A stretch of 64,000 nucleotides of DNA from Polyangiaceae bacterium (GTDB taxonomy: Bacteria; Myxococcota_A; Polyangia; Polyangiales; Polyangiaceae): NCBI GenBank assembly GCA_033763455.1, contig JANRKO010000073.1, positions 32,001-96,000 on the forward strand, written 5' to 3'. Made by a program: the position numbers and the translations under genes. Each line of letters begins with the position of its first letter. The first letter of the stretch is position 1. The notes under the pieces were generated by a model, which did no database searches, was not told the DNA's origin, and saw only the letters and a program-made list of their open reading frames with translations. Below, one piece after another: positions 47,204 to 58,841 of this stretch.

Positions 47204-48859
47204 TTACTGCCGCTGAAAATCAGGGCTACCCAGAGCTAAGGCAACGGCCACTTGGCGTCGCTCGCGAGGGTTCTCGCTCTCTCTTGCTTTTTCCAAGATC
47301 GCCGAGAGCGTCTCCGGGCGACCGCTACCTGAAAGGACGACTCGATTCACATCCGCAACCAGCGCCTCGGGATCCACTCGCGGAAACAACCGTTCAAGAT
47401 CCACACTCACGCCAGCTATCGTGCCCGAAGCCAATTGAATCGCAAAATTCATACGCCCCAACGCACCCCCAGCACTCGCCCACTGTTTCGCGGCCTCGGG
47501 ATAACCTGTTGGCACCGCCTGCAGAAGCAGCGGCTCACCCAACTGCTCAAGCATCTTAGCCAACCTGCGTGCATCACCTTCTATCTTGCCGTCCAACACG
47601 CGAATCGCGCTAACCATGAATTCGAGCGGCGACTTCATCTTATTGAGCTGGAATGGTTCGGCGGAAAAATCACCCGATTGTACGATGGCGCCGAGCATGT
47701 GCCGGATATCCCCTTGGCTCTTTAGAAACGCATCTGCTCCGCTGTGAACGCAGCTATCTGGCGGGATATCCGCAACCAAACGCGCGCATAGCTTTTTTGC
47801 CAGATGCTTGCCCGTTCGCGGATCTGTTGCCAATCGCCTGAGGAGTAGCAACCCTTCGTCCAGGCCACCGCCCGCGGGATACACTTCACCGAGCACCAAC
47901 TTCTCTCCTCGATCGTGGGCGCGCTCCTTGAACTTGAAGATGGGGCCATCGGTGCCAGAGCGTTCGACGCTCCAGCCCGTTAGGATGCGAGCCACACCGA
48001 TAACATCCTCTTGGGTGTACCCGCCATCTACGCCGAGCGTATGGAGCTCCAAGAGCTCGCGGGCATAATTCTCTGTGATGCCACCGCGCTTCACCTTCTT
48101 GCCTACTTTCATCTTTCCCGGAGCAGTGCTTTCAGCGTTATCCAGGTACACCAACATTGCTGGATGTTGCGCCGTAGCGAGCAAGAGATCTTGAAATTTT
48201 CCCAAAGCATGCGGGCGAATCGCTCGCTCCACGTAGTCAGCTGCCAGAAGCTTTACCAACCCCTTTCTCGCATACACGTTGAAATGGTTGGACCAAAAAT
48301 CCACCATCACCTCGAACAACTGTCGGCGGCTTTCCGTTTGTCGGACGATGGCACTCATTTGTGCGAATGAAAGCAGCCGCCCAAAATCCATCATCTTGTT
48401 GAGGTTCTTTTCATTCCCGGGCTCACCGCCCGCCTCACCCATCATCGACGCTTTCGTAAACTTACCCAGCAACTCCCCGGGTGCTGCTAGTGCATCTTGA
48501 AAGGGCTCTAACGCGAGCTGACCACGCGTGTCGTCCATCTGCTCAGGGTATCGCTGTTCATCTAACCAGGCCGCGAGCCCCGAGTGTGCCAACGCCTCCG
48601 CCTCACCAGGCCGAGCCCCAAACGTCAGCCGATGGAGCACCTGGCGAGCTTCCGCCTCGGAAAGCTTCCGTGCCTTCGGTGTGGTGATGGAGGCCTTAGC
48701 CGCAGCAGGAACCGCTGCATGGCTGGGAGGCGCCTTCGCGCCTTCTTTGGAGATCAGAGCCGCGCGCGGCTCTTTCCCCACCGCCGGTGCACACCCGAAG
48801 CCAACAAGCGCAGCGCCGATAAGTACTGGCACCAGAACGTCCCGAATTGCTCCCATCAC
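47204..48859 (-). CDS. DUF1800 domain lipoprotein
   Basis: Lipobox GFGC, FW.NHF, ML.YLDN, ENYARELLELHTLG, SP.FQ..; paired with DUF1501. Confidence 0.9.
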   Translation of the reverse strand: MMGAIRDVLVPVLIGAALVGFGCAPAVGKEPRAALISKEGAKAPPSHAAVPAAAKASITTPKARKLSEAEARQVLHRLTFGARPGEAEALAHSGLAAWLDEQRYPEQMDDTRGQLALEPFQDALAAPGELLGKFTKASMMGEAGGEPGNEKNLNKMMDFGRLLSFAQMSAIVRQTESRRQLFEVMVDFWSNHFNVYARKGLVKLLAADYVERAIRPHALGKFQDLLLATAQHPAMLVYLDNAESTAPGKMKVGKKVKRGGITENYARELLELHTLGVDGGYTQEDVIGVARILTGWSVERSGTDGPIFKFKERAHDRGEKLVLGEVYPAGGGLDEGLLLLRRLATDPRTGKHLAKKLCARLVADIPPDSCVHSGADAFLKSQGDIRHMLGAIVQSGDFSAEPFQLNKMKSPLEFMVSAIRVLDGKIEGDARRLAKMLEQLGEPLLLQAVPTGYPEAAKQWASAGGALGRMNFAIQLASGTIAGVSVDLERLFPRVDPEALVADVNRVVLSGSGRPETLSAILEKARESENPRERRQVAVALALGSPDFQRQ

Positions 48860-48903
48860 GCCCCTTCATGCCACGCCCTTACGGAGCGTTAAAGGCCCGG
48901 CCC

Positions 48904-51066
48904 CTAGACCCGCGAAACTTCAACTACTCCCTGAACCCTAGAGAGTGCGCGCATAACGTTCTTCAACTGCGCCAAGTCCTGAACCTGGAAGGTAAACGTG
49001 TTCCGCGCTCGTCCTGCATCCTCTGAGCGACAATTCGCCTCGCTGATATTGATGCTCTGTGAGCTGAAAGTCTGGCTTACGGTGGCCAAAATTCCAGGCT
49101 TGTTGGTGGTGATAACTGTCAACTGCACCGGGTGGTTTACCTTGGCGCGAGTGTCCCACACAACCTCGATGCGACGAGTGGGATCAGTATCAAAAGCCTT
49201 AATGCACTCGCGGCGATGTACGGTTACTCCGCGCCCACGTGTGATGAACCCAACAATTGGATCGCCCGGTAGCGGCGTACAACACTTTCCGTAACGCACG
49301 AGCACATCGTCCAAGCCGGCTACGCGAATCGCACCCAGATCGCGCCCCGTGACTTTACGCACCAACTTCTCAAGCGACCCCTGCTTCAGATCCGCCGGAG
49401 GCTGAGATGCGCCCGTGCCTTGATCGTTGCGCAAGGTGGCGACCAGCACCTCGGCCCCCAAACGCCCGTGCCCTACCGCCAGCAGCAGCTCATCGAGCGA
49501 ACCGTAGTGGTGCTGCGACAACAGCCGAGCCACCTTGGATTCCGTCTTGGAGAGCTTTGCGAAGCTCATTCCAGCGGTACGCATTTCAGATTCCAACAAT
49601 TCGCGCCCGAGATTGATGGACTTTTTTCGATCATCCCCCCGCAGATAGGCTCTGATGCGGGCGCGGGCGCGGCTGGTTGCGCAGAAATCCAGCCAATCTT
49701 TGCTGGGATGTTGATTGGCCGAGGTCATCACCTCGATCACGTCCCCATTTTTCAAACTGTGGCGCAGCGGAACGATTTGGCCGTTGGCGCGCGCTCCCGA
49801 ACAATGGTGCCCCACTTCTGAATGGATGCCATAGGCGAAATCCAAAGGCGTTGCACCACGAGGAAACACCCGCACATCGCCTTTGGGCGTGAAGACGTAG
49901 ACCTCATCCGGAAACAGATCGATCTTAATCGTTTCCAAGAACTCCGCGGGATCTTTGAAGTTGTTCTGAAAATCAGCGAGCTCCCTCAGCCAGCTGAAGT
50001 GCTGCGCATCATCCGGGTGTACGCCTCCGGAGAGGCGCTCCTTGTATTGCCAGTGCGCCGCCACCCCGTGCTCGGCCACTCGATGCATTTCATGTGTGCG
50101 GATCTGAATTTCGAGCCGCTGCCCACCTGGCCCCACCACCGTTGTATGCAGCGATTGGTAGCGATTGGGCTTGGGGAGAGCGATGTAATCTTTGAACCGG
50201 CCGGGAATGGGCATCCACTTCGAATGCACGACGCCCAAAGTTGCGTAACAATCCGCGACGCTCTCCACGCAGATGCGAAAAGCAATCAAATCATAAATTT
50301 GCTCAAACTCACATTGATGCTGCCGCATTTTCCGATAAATGGAAAATAGGTGTTTGGCTCGCCCCGAAATCTCAGCGGCGAAGCCCTGCTCAGCCAGCCG
50401 CGAGAGCAGCGTCTTGCTGACGGTATCAATGTAGCGCGTTCGCTCTTTCTGCGTCTTACCCAGGCGCTTGGTAACGTCGCGGTATTCATCGGGATAGAGG
50501 TAGCGAAAGGAGAGATCTTCAAACTCACTCTTAATCCACTGTATGCCTAAGCGGTTAGCTAGAGGAGCATAGATATCGAGTGTCTCCCGAGCGATTCGCT
50601 CCTGCGCGTCTGGCTTCATGTGATCGAGCGTTCGCATGTTGTCCAAGCGGTCGCAAAGCTTGATCAGGAGCACGCGAATGTCGCGCGCCATGGCCAGCAC
50701 CATCTTTCGGAAGCTCTCCGCTTGGCGATCTTCACGGTTGCGAAAGTTGATACGCCCGAGCTTGGTGACGCCGTCTACAATCTCGGCGACCTCTTCGCCA
50801 AACTCCGCTTTTAGCTCTTCAGTGGTTGTTGCCGTGTCTTCGATGACGTCGTGCAGAAGCCCTGCACAGACGCTGGCCGCATCCAAACGCAAATCAGTAA
50901 TGATGGAGGCAACATGCACCGGGTGAATGAAGTACGGGTCCCCGCTTTTTCGCATCTGCGTGCGATGGGAACGCTCCGAGTAGTCGTAGGCCTTGCGGAT
51001 AAGGTCCATATCCGCTTGCGGATGGTATTTACCAACCTTTTGAACCAGCTCGTCGACGGTAAGCAA
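48904..51066 (-). CDS. relA: Bifunctional (p)ppGpp synthetase/hydrolase Rel
   Basis: Intact HD (LLHDVIED), RFKDY..PK.N.YQSLHT, EIQIRT, TGS (FTPKG), ACT. Confidence 0.96.
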   Translation of the reverse strand: MLTVDELVQKVGKYHPQADMDLIRKAYDYSERSHRTQMRKSGDPYFIHPVHVASIITDLRLDAASVCAGLLHDVIEDTATTTEELKAEFGEEVAEIVDGVTKLGRINFRNREDRQAESFRKMVLAMARDIRVLLIKLCDRLDNMRTLDHMKPDAQERIARETLDIYAPLANRLGIQWIKSEFEDLSFRYLYPDEYRDVTKRLGKTQKERTRYIDTVSKTLLSRLAEQGFAAEISGRAKHLFSIYRKMRQHQCEFEQIYDLIAFRICVESVADCYATLGVVHSKWMPIPGRFKDYIALPKPNRYQSLHTTVVGPGGQRLEIQIRTHEMHRVAEHGVAAHWQYKERLSGGVHPDDAQHFSWLRELADFQNNFKDPAEFLETIKIDLFPDEVYVFTPKGDVRVFPRGATPLDFAYGIHSEVGHHCSGARANGQIVPLRHSLKNGDVIEVMTSANQHPSKDWLDFCATSRARARIRAYLRGDDRKKSINLGRELLESEMRTAGMSFAKLSKTESKVARLLSQHHYGSLDELLLAVGHGRLGAEVLVATLRNDQGTGASQPPADLKQGSLEKLVRKVTGRDLGAIRVAGLDDVLVRYGKCCTPLPGDPIVGFITRGRGVTVHRRECIKAFDTDPTRRIEVVWDTRAKVNHPVQLTVITTNKPGILATVSQTFSSQSINISEANCRSEDAGRARNTFTFQVQDLAQLKNVMRALSRVQGVVEVSRV

Positions 51067-51156
51067 GAAAACTCCCGGTAGTGGGGCTACCAGCTAAGAA
51101 ACTAACACCGACCACCACGTTCGGCAAAGGGGTGAGAGCTCTGCTATAGGCAAACC

Positions 51157-52389
51157 GTGCGTGACAATACCGGCAAGAAGAGCGCTATCGGGGATACCGG
51201 TACGCCTGGCTTTGCTCCCAATTCTATAGGTGTCTACGTCCACTTTCCGTGGTGCCTGGCTAAATGCCCCTACTGCGACTTCCTGAGCGTGGTTGGGGAA
51301 CGCTCGACCATTCCGCACGCGGCCTACGCCGACGCTGTGATTGCCGAGCTTCGCTTCCGCAGCGCGGAGCTGGAACGGCGTGCCCCTCTCCATTCAGTTT
51401 TCTTCGGCGGTGGAACGCCTTCCCTCTGGGAACCCACCGAGCTCGGCCGCGTCCTTTCGACCATCCTGGAAGCCTTTCCCCACGAGCCTTCCACCCTGGA
51501 AGTCACGGCCGAGTGCAATCCTTCGAGCTTTGATCGAGACCGGGCGCGTCAGCTTCTGGACGTCGGAGTGAACCGCTTCAGCATTGGCATTCAAGGGCTT
51601 GACGCCAACCGCTTACGGTTTCTCGGCAGATTGCACGACCGCGATCAAGGCCTTGCGGCTTTGGAGGTGGCACTTGCTGCGGGGCCACGGAGCGTATCGG
51701 CCGATTTGATCTATGGAGTCGCAGGCGAAACGGCGCAAGAGGCCGTCGATGAAGCCCGAATCATCGCCGGGGTGGGCGTCCAACACCTGAGTGCCTACAC
51801 GCTCACAATCGAGGAAGGAACGCGGTTTGGGGCCCTGGCGCGTGCGGGACAGCTTCCAATTCTGCCCGAAGGCGAGGTTGCCGACAGCTTCTGTGGCGTT
51901 GACGAAGCGTTAGAGCAGTTGGGCCTGGGACACTACGAAATCAGTAACTTTGCCCGCCCCGGATACGAATCGATCCACAACCAGGGCTACTGGCTCGGGC
52001 GAGACTACCTGGGCCTAGGTTGCGGAGCCTGGGGAACTATCGACAACCGCGGGGTTCGCTCGCGTTACCGCAATTGCCAGAACCCGGAACGTTACCTGGG
52101 TTGGAGCACCGGAGATCAAGCCCAGGACGAAGCCTTGCGCGGCACTGTGGAGACCGTCGATGCGAGTACCGCGCTTGCTGAACGCATATTGCTAGGCCTG
52201 CGGCTACGGCGTGGTTTGCAGCTCGAAAAAGCTGCTGAAGAGCTTGGAACTGAGCCATACCCGCCTTCTCGCGCACGGGCGGTGAAGAAGCTCACTGCAC
52301 GCGGACAGCTGATTCAAGAAGACGGCTGGCTCAGGATCCCACCGTCTGCGTGGTTGTTTGCCGACGGTATTATTTCGGAACTCTTGTAG
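51157..52389 (+). CDS. hemW: Radical SAM heme chaperone HemW
   Basis: [31 protein letters not shown]...HN..YW. Confidence 0.9.
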   Translation: MRDNTGKKSAIGDTGTPGFAPNSIGVYVHFPWCLAKCPYCDFLSVVGERSTIPHAAYADAVIAELRFRSAELERRAPLHSVFFGGGTPSLWEPTELGRVLSTILEAFPHEPSTLEVTAECNPSSFDRDRARQLLDVGVNRFSIGIQGLDANRLRFLGRLHDRDQGLAALEVALAAGPRSVSADLIYGVAGETAQEAVDEARIIAGVGVQHLSAYTLTIEEGTRFGALARAGQLPILPEGEVADSFCGVDEALEQLGLGHYEISNFARPGYESIHNQGYWLGRDYLGLGCGAWGTIDNRGVRSRYRNCQNPERYLGWSTGDQAQDEALRGTVETVDASTALAERILLGLRLRRGLQLEKAAEELGTEPYPPSRARAVKKLTARGQLIQEDGWLRIPPSAWLFADGIISELL

Positions 52390-53705
52390 CTACCGTTGCG
52401 CCAGCTTTCCAAATCTCCGAGGGCTCGCTCAGCAATTGCCTCGTAACGGGGCTTCTTCTTGAGGCGAGAGTCCGTCCACGGCGCGATGTGCGCAAAGGTG
52501 ATGTTAGAGGGCTGAAAATCTGGAGTTTTGCGGCGGAGGTGCGTCAGTAGGCCTCCGTGAGCGGTTGTATTCGGAGGCAACAAAGGTTCCCTGCCGTACC
52601 AACGTTCGGAGAGTGAGAATGCCGCCAACCAGCCGCCCGCGGCGCTTTCCACGTAGCCTTCCGTCCCTGTGATCTGGCCCGCAAAATACAAGCCGGGCTC
52701 CGAAGCGAGCTGGAGCGTTCCATCGAGCACGTTTGGCGCGTTGATGAAGGTATTGCGATGAATCGCTCCGAAGCGGTAAAATTCAGCATTTTCAAGCCCA
52801 GGCACTGTGCGGAACACTCGCGCCTGCTCGCCAAACGCCATCTTGGTTTGAAAGCCAACAAGGTTGAAAGCAGTGCCTGCCTCATCTTCTTTGCGCAACT
52901 GGATCACAGCATAGGGCCAGCGCCCGGTCTTCGGATCGGTAAGGCCTACCGGCTTCATGGGGCCAAATGCCAAGGTTTTTTGGCCCCGCGCCGCCATGAT
53001 CTCAATCGGCAAACAGCCTTCGAAGTAGCGCGTATCTTCAAAGCCCTGCGGCTCCACCTTTCGCGCTTGAAGCACGTTCTCAACGAAAGCGTCGTACTCC
53101 TCGCGCGTGAGCGGACAATTCACATACGCGGCCTGTTCTTCGGGTGTTTCCCCTTTGCCCCAGCGCGACGCGATGAACACTTTATCCCAGTTGATCGATT
53201 CCGCACTCACGATCGGCGAGATGGCGTCGTAATACGCCAGCGCCGTTTCCCCCACACGCGCCGCAATGCTCTTGGCAAGGCTCTCTCCCGTGAGGGGCCC
53301 GGTGGCGACAATGAGCGGCCGCTCCTCCGGCAGCTGCTCCACCACCGTTTCAATCACTTCGATCAGGGGATGCTCGCGCACCCAGCTCGACACCAACTGG
53401 CTGAATTTATCTCTATCCACCGCCAAAGCGCCGCCGGCGGGAACTCGAGTGGCGTCGGCCGCGCGAATGATGAAAGAGCCCAACCTGCGCATTTCTTCTT
53501 TCAGAAGACCGACAGCATTGGAGAGCGCTGCGCCCCGCAACGAATTCGAACACACGAGCTCGCAGAAGTAGTCGCTCACCTGAGCTGGCGTTCGTTCTTT
53601 GGGCTTCTGCTCAAAGAGGCGGACGGGAATACCACGCTCGGCTAGCTGCAAGGCTGCCTCACAGCCCGCGAGCCCCGCCCCAATGATGGTGACTCGCTCT
53701 GCCAT
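52314..53705 (-). CDS. trmFO: Folate-dependent tRNA m5U54 methyltransferase TrmFO
   Basis: [38 protein letters not shown]; start corrected to ATG 53705. Confidence 0.95.
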   Translation of the reverse strand: MAERVTIIGAGLAGCEAALQLAERGIPVRLFEQKPKERTPAQVSDYFCELVCSNSLRGAALSNAVGLLKEEMRRLGSFIIRAADATRVPAGGALAVDRDKFSQLVSSWVREHPLIEVIETVVEQLPEERPLIVATGPLTGESLAKSIAARVGETALAYYDAISPIVSAESINWDKVFIASRWGKGETPEEQAAYVNCPLTREEYDAFVENVLQARKVEPQGFEDTRYFEGCLPIEIMAARGQKTLAFGPMKPVGLTDPKTGRWPYAVIQLRKEDEAGTAFNLVGFQTKMAFGEQARVFRTVPGLENAEFYRFGAIHRNTFINAPNVLDGTLQLASEPGLYFAGQITGTEGYVESAAGGWLAAFSLSERWYGREPLLPPNTTAHGGLLTHLRRKTPDFQPSNITFAHIAPWTDSRLKKKPRYEAIAERALGDLESWRNGSYKSSEIIPSANNHADGGILSQPSS

Positions 53706-53710
53706 CCGGC

Positions 53711-56116
53711 TCACCCAGCCTGAGCCGAAGCGAGCTCGCCATCTTCCGCACCAGCACCACCACCTAGCAGTGCCTCTGCATCGTCGACATCGCGGGAGTA
53801 ACCGCACTCCTTGCCGCGCGGGCACATGAGCTTGGGGGTCTTCTTGCCGCCGCCGTACACGAGGAACGGGTGAGCGCAGAGGGGGCACGGCTCCAAAACG
53901 GGCTTCTGCCAGCTTCTGAAATCACACTTCGGATAGTTGGCGCAACCGTAGAACGAGCGAGCACCCTTCTTCTTCGAACGCACCTCTACGATGTCACCCG
54001 CGCACTTCGGGCAAGGCACACCCAGCGGAACAGGGCGCGTCGTCTTACACTCAGGGTAGCCGCTGCACGATAAGAACTGACCAAACCGCCCAGTCTTGAT
54101 GATCATGGGGCGCTGACACTCATCGCACTTGTAGTCGGTGAGCACGGGCTTAAGCGGAGTACCTTCGTCAGAGATATCCTGAGTCACCTTGCACTTCGGA
54201 TAGTTCTCGCAGCCCAGGAACCAACCGTTGCGGCTCCAGCGTTTCAGCATGATGCCGCCGCATTCCTCGCACTTGTGCTCGGTGGGTTGGGGCTCAGGGG
54301 CCCAGCGCTCACCTTTTTTCGCGATGTTCAGACGCTCCCGAAAACGTCCATAGAACTTGGTGAGCAGGTCCACGCGGTCTAACCGACCCGCCGCAACCTC
54401 ATCGAGCTCTTTCTCGAGATTGGCCGTAAAATCCGGGTCCATAAAGTCGAGCGTCGTGCCGATCAGGCCGTCGATCACGATCTTGCCTAGGTTAGTGGCC
54501 TTCATCTGGCCCCCCTCAAGGCGTTCCACGTAATCCCGAGCCTGCACCTTGGCGATGATGTCCGCATAGGTGCTGGGGCGCCCAATTCCACGGCGCTCAA
54601 GCTCGCGCACCAACGAACCTTCATTGAAGCGGGGCGGAGGTTGAGTGAACTTCTGATCGGCACTCACACCCGGTGGGTCCACCAGCGTGAGGACCTCACC
54701 TTCCTTAAGCTCAGGCAACAGGCCCTCGGTGTCTTCATCACCTCGCGCAGCCGCAACGCCGACCAAAGCCGGAGAGGCCCCGGCTTCTTCTTCGCCTTCG
54801 CCAGCATATTCCTTCTGTCCATCGCTCACGCGGTTGTACTGATCGAGCCAACCCGCAAACTTCAAAACCTTGCCACCCACACGCAAGCCATAGACGCGAT
54901 GGGGCGCCCGCGCAGTCGGTTCGGCCTCAATATCCACCCCGGTTTGATCATACAAAGCGTGGCTCATTTGGGAGGCCACAAACCTGTCCCAGATCAACTT
55001 GTAGAGTTTATATTGCTCCTCCGTGAGGTGCTTTTTCACCTTCTCAGGCGCGAGGAGCATCGAGGTGGGGCGGATAGCTTCATGGGCGTCTTGAGCGCCC
55101 TGCTTGAGCTTAAACACGTTGGGCTTTTCGGGCAGAAACTCCTTGCCGTGCTGCTCCAAAATATGAACGCGCGCTTCCTCCACCGCGTCGGCACCCACGC
55201 GTGTTGAATCAGTGCGCATGTAGGTGATGAGACCAACTTGGCCGCCGTCGTCCTTTAGATCCACACCCTCGTACAGCTTTTGGGCAATGTTCATCGTGCG
55301 CTTGGTGGTGAAGCGCAGGTAGCTTGTGGCGTCTTGCTGAAGCTTGCTAGTGGTGTAGGGAGCCGGCGCATTCCTCTTCTGCTGCCGCTTGGTAACCTTA
55401 ACCACCTTGTATTTGGCGTTCTTCAGGGCTGCCACAACCCCGGAGGATTGATCGGCATTTTTGACTTCCAGCTTTTCGCCATCGGCCTTGGTGAGGCGCG
55501 CGAAAATGGGCGTGGTGTCTTTGCCCTTCAGCGAAGCACCCAGGTTCCAGTACTCCTCCGGAACGAAATTCTCGATCTCGCGTTCGCGTTCCACAATCAG
55601 GCGCAGCGCCACCGATTGAACTCGGCCCGCGCTCAAACCGAACGCAAGCTTGCTCCATACCAGCGCTGACACATCGTACCCCACGATACGATCCAGGACC
55701 CGTCGGGCACGCTGCGCCCCATACAGGTGCTGATCGAGCTCTCGCGGATGCGCCAGGCCGGCCTCCACACCCTTCTTGGTGATTTCGTGAAATTCGACGC
55801 GTTTAATGGGCAGTTTTGGCCGTTTGAGCTCCTCGGCGATGTGCCAGGCAATTGCCTCGCCTTCGCGATCAGGGTCTGTTGCGAGCAGCAAGGCTTCGGA
55901 TTTTTTTGCCTCCGTTTTGAGCTCGGCCAAGACCTTGGATTTGGCTTCGATGATCTCGTAGGTCTCTTTGAAACCGTCCTCCACATCAATGCCCAGCTTC
56001 TTAGGCAGATCCTTAACGTGACCTTTGCTGGCCATCACTTCGTATCCCGCGCCGAGATATTTTTTGATGGTTTTGGCTTTGGCCGGAGATTCTACGACGA
56101 CGAGCGTCTTTGCCAT
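53711..56116 (-). CDS. topA: DNA topoisomerase I
   Basis: [38 protein letters not shown]-terminal C4 zinc ribbons. Confidence 0.97.
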   Translation of the reverse strand: MAKTLVVVESPAKAKTIKKYLGAGYEVMASKGHVKDLPKKLGIDVEDGFKETYEIIEAKSKVLAELKTEAKKSEALLLATDPDREGEAIAWHIAEELKRPKLPIKRVEFHEITKKGVEAGLAHPRELDQHLYGAQRARRVLDRIVGYDVSALVWSKLAFGLSAGRVQSVALRLIVEREREIENFVPEEYWNLGASLKGKDTTPIFARLTKADGEKLEVKNADQSSGVVAALKNAKYKVVKVTKRQQKRNAPAPYTTSKLQQDATSYLRFTTKRTMNIAQKLYEGVDLKDDGGQVGLITYMRTDSTRVGADAVEEARVHILEQHGKEFLPEKPNVFKLKQGAQDAHEAIRPTSMLLAPEKVKKHLTEEQYKLYKLIWDRFVASQMSHALYDQTGVDIEAEPTARAPHRVYGLRVGGKVLKFAGWLDQYNRVSDGQKEYAGEGEEEAGASPALVGVAAARGDEDTEGLLPELKEGEVLTLVDPPGVSADQKFTQPPPRFNEGSLVRELERRGIGRPSTYADIIAKVQARDYVERLEGGQMKATNLGKIVIDGLIGTTLDFMDPDFTANLEKELDEVAAGRLDRVDLLTKFYGRFRERLNIAKKGERWAPEPQPTEHKCEECGGIMLKRWSRNGWFLGCENYPKCKVTQDISDEGTPLKPVLTDYKCDECQRPMIIKTGRFGQFLSCSGYPECKTTRPVPLGVPCPKCAGDIVEVRSKKKGARSFYGCANYPKCDFRSWQKPVLEPCPLCAHPFLVYGGGKKTPKLMCPRGKECGYSRDVDDAEALLGGGAGAEDGELASAQAG

Positions 56117-56215
56117 GAAGTGGGGAGCCTCAACTACGAAAGGGGGGGTGAAGGGGCCTCAGGATGACCACCTCGGACGCCGGGTCAAGGCCTCCAGTCT
56201 CAAAACCCTTTAGTA

Positions 56216-57136
56216 TCAAGTACTTGGCAGGCAGAGTCCTCCCCGACCATCCCCAATCAGGGCCCCCCTCAACCTGAGCCTGAGCAAAATCTGTTGGATT
56301 TCGGCAACCCCAAGCCCGGTGGCCGAACACAGGTCATCGATGGCCGAGTGGCCACGAGCTACCTCCGCTAGAACTCGCGTGGAGTCGGAGAGCTCGGCGT
56401 CGCTACTCGGCGGCGAGCGCAGCGTGAGCGCCATCTCGTCACCGATCACTGCATGCCCGGGTGCCGTGAATGGCAATGGATGCAGCCTATCTGCTCGCAG
56501 CCCACGCAACACATCCCGAGCGTCCTTGATTGGCCTTCCCCCTTGTTTCAGCTCCTCGATGCATCCGAGCCCGCGGCTGTTCCAGGGCGCATGGGGCACC
56601 ACGAACAACGAGCGACCCAACTTGCGGGCCTGAGCCGCTGCGTTCCGAGCTCCGCTCCTGTACCCGGCCTCCACCACCACCAGGGCGTGCGCTAGCGCTA
56701 CCAACAGCGCGTTGCGTGGGAAGAACGAACCCCGATTGGCTGGAAACTCCCCCGGAACCAGCGATACGTAAGCGCCACCACCTACCAGCACCCGGCGAAA
56801 GAGGTCAGCATTCTTGGCTGGGAAAGGCCTCTCAAAGCCGCTTGGCGCCACAACTACGGTGGCCCCGCCCGCATCCAGTGCTCCCTCATGCGCCGCTGTG
56901 TCGATGCCCTCGGCGCCGCCAGAAAGCACCGTGATGCCCGCCTCCGTAAGATCTTTGGCTAGGTTGCGAGCAAACGCAAACGCTGCTGTCGAACATGAGC
57001 GCGTTCCAACCACGGCAACCGCAGGACCCCGCGGGAGCTCCCCGCGCACGAACAGTATGTCGGGGGGCTCGGGGAGAGCCAAAACGCGAACGGGACGAAG
57101 GCTGCCACTCAAGGTAACTTCTGGAAAATCGTGCAC
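56216..57136 (-). CDS. dprA: DNA processing protein DprA
   Basis: AVVGTR, SG.A.GID..AH, F..RN, VVEA..RSG, C-terminal winged helix; upstream of topA. Start uncertain. Confidence 0.92.
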   Translation of the reverse strand: MHDFPEVTLSGSLRPVRVLALPEPPDILFVRGELPRGPAVAVVGTRSCSTAAFAFARNLAKDLTEAGITVLSGGAEGIDTAAHEGALDAGGATVVVAPSGFERPFPAKNADLFRRVLVGGGAYVSLVPGEFPANRGSFFPRNALLVALAHALVVVEAGYRSGARNAAAQARKLGRSLFVVPHAPWNSRGLGCIEELKQGGRPIKDARDVLRGLRADRLHPLPFTAPGHAVIGDEMALTLRSPPSSDAELSDSTRVLAEVARGHSAIDDLCSATGLGVAEIQQILLRLRLRGALIGDGRGGLCLPST

Positions 57137-57161
57137 CGAGCCTGTTCGGCTGAGCACCGCG

Positions 57162-57827
57162 TCAGTTGTGTGCTTCGAACAAACCGACCAGCGCTTTTCC
57201 GCTGCCGCCGCTGCCCTCAAGCACTAAATAGACAGAAAACCCGCGCACATCCAAACTTCGCAGGCAGCCTCCAGTGCCCGCCACCGAACCCGCCCCGAGC
57301 AGCAGGCTACTCTGTGCAATGACGGTTGGTGGCCACGGTGGTCCTGCCAGCACATGGACGCGCAAGCCCTCAAGCCCTTCCTCCGCCGCCGCAATACCGT
57401 AGCAGCGGTCCATCTCCAAACGCACACTCGCAACCGCCAGCTCGGAGGGCCCGAGCGACGCCTCGAACAGGCGCAGAGCGGCCCCTTCAGGGCCAAACAC
57501 CGCCGCAAGTTTCAGCCCAAGCTCCGAGCTCAAATGCTTTGTGGGAATCTCCACCGCCGCCTTGGCCGAAAGCCCCCCGAGCGTGAGAGCTTCTAGCCGT
57601 TCCGGGCCGTCGATCAGCGGACCGATGGGCTCCACCGTGCTGCCAGGAATTCGAGAGGGGGGAGCCGTGGGTGGCTCGCTGGTGGGCACCGATCCCACAG
57701 GATATGCCCGGAGCCCGCGAGCACCCTCGGAAAAGGAACCCTGCGAAATCTGGGTTTTTCCGCTAGCCCCGCATCCCCCAAGCAAACATCCGCCCAGAAG
57801 GAGGGAAAACCGAAGAGGGTTCGACAT
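57162..57827 (-). CDS. Hypothetical lipoprotein
   Basis: Lipobox LLGGC, Pro-rich linker, beta-rich C-terminal domain with two Cys. Confidence 0.65.
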   Translation of the reverse strand: MSNPLRFSLLLGGCLLGGCGASGKTQISQGSFSEGARGLRAYPVGSVPTSEPPTAPPSRIPGSTVEPIGPLIDGPERLEALTLGGLSAKAAVEIPTKHLSSELGLKLAAVFGPEGAALRLFEASLGPSELAVASVRLEMDRCYGIAAAEEGLEGLRVHVLAGPPWPPTVIAQSSLLLGAGSVAGTGGCLRSLDVRGFSVYLVLEGSGGSGKALVGLFEAHN

Positions 57828-57869
57828 CGGGAACTTCTGTCAAATTACATCCCTGTGCTAACACAAGCT

Positions 57870-58829
57870 ATGCGATTCGTCGTCGCGACCCACGGCCACT
57901 GTTTCGACGGCCTGGCGAGCGCCACCCTCTTCACCCGACTCCTCCAGCAAACCCGCAAGGACAACCTGGATTTCGTGTACCGCGCGTGTGGCTACGGGCT
58001 TGAGCAAACCAGAGCCGACGAGGGCGTGCTCGATGGCGAAGAGAACGCCATCCTGGACTATCGGTACCACCCGAGTGCTCGACTGAATTGGTTTTTCGAC
58101 CACCACAGGACGTCTTTCCAAACCCCCGGGGCGCGCGAGCATTTCGACGCGCACAGAGCCGGAGGGCAATTCTTCTTCGATGCTGGGTATTCGTCTTGCA
58201 CTCGCTTGGTCTCGGACGTGGCGGCCAAGGAATTTGGCGTGACCGACGCGTCACTCAAAGAACTGGTGGATTGGGCAGACAAGATAGATGCCGCCCGCTT
58301 TTCCTCAGCTGCGGAAGCGATCAACCATGACCACGCAGTCATGCGCCTGGCAACAGTCGTGGAGCACCACGCCGACGACGCGTTCCTCGAGGCGACCATC
58401 CCAGAGCTTCTTGCGAAACCCCTTCTTGTGGTAGCGAACTCCACGCGCGTTCAAGAAGCCTACGCACCTTTGGGAAAAAAGCATTTGGAGTTCATCGAGC
58501 TCATGCGAAGCGCGAGTCGACTTTCGAATGGAGTGGTGCTCGCAGATCTTACGAGCGAGCTTTTGCCGAATCTCGGAAAGTTTGTAACTTACGCGCTCTA
58601 TCCGCAGTCTATTTATTCGGTAGTGGTGGGCATTACGGAGGCGGGTGCCAAGATCTCGGTTGGCTACAATCCTTGGTCCGGCTCGGCCCGAACTGCCGAT
58701 ATCAGCCAGATTTGTGCACGCTACGGCGGCGGCGGGCATCCTTTTGTCGGTGGAATGTCCTTCGCCACAAAAGACGTGGAAACGGCACGAGCCGTTGCAA
58801 AAGAAGTGGCGCGCGAACTAGAAAGTTAA
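57870..58829 (+). CDS. DHH/DHHA1 family phosphoesterase
   Basis: H..CFDG, FDHH, D.ID, GGGGH..VGG. Confidence 0.85.
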   Translation: MRFVVATHGHCFDGLASATLFTRLLQQTRKDNLDFVYRACGYGLEQTRADEGVLDGEENAILDYRYHPSARLNWFFDHHRTSFQTPGAREHFDAHRAGGQFFFDAGYSSCTRLVSDVAAKEFGVTDASLKELVDWADKIDAARFSSAAEAINHDHAVMRLATVVEHHADDAFLEATIPELLAKPLLVVANSTRVQEAYAPLGKKHLEFIELMRSASRLSNGVVLADLTSELLPNLGKFVTYALYPQSIYSVVVGITEAGAKISVGYNPWSGSARTADISQICARYGGGGHPFVGGMSFATKDVETARAVAKEVARELES

Positions 58830-58841
58830 GCTGAGGCGCCC

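Noticed and set aside
52758..53645. Long alternative-frame ORFs (also 28303-29079, 17902-18630, 60936-61832, 175-579)
   Set aside because: Shadow ORFs of well-supported genes in GC-rich DNA, with no recognisable motifs.
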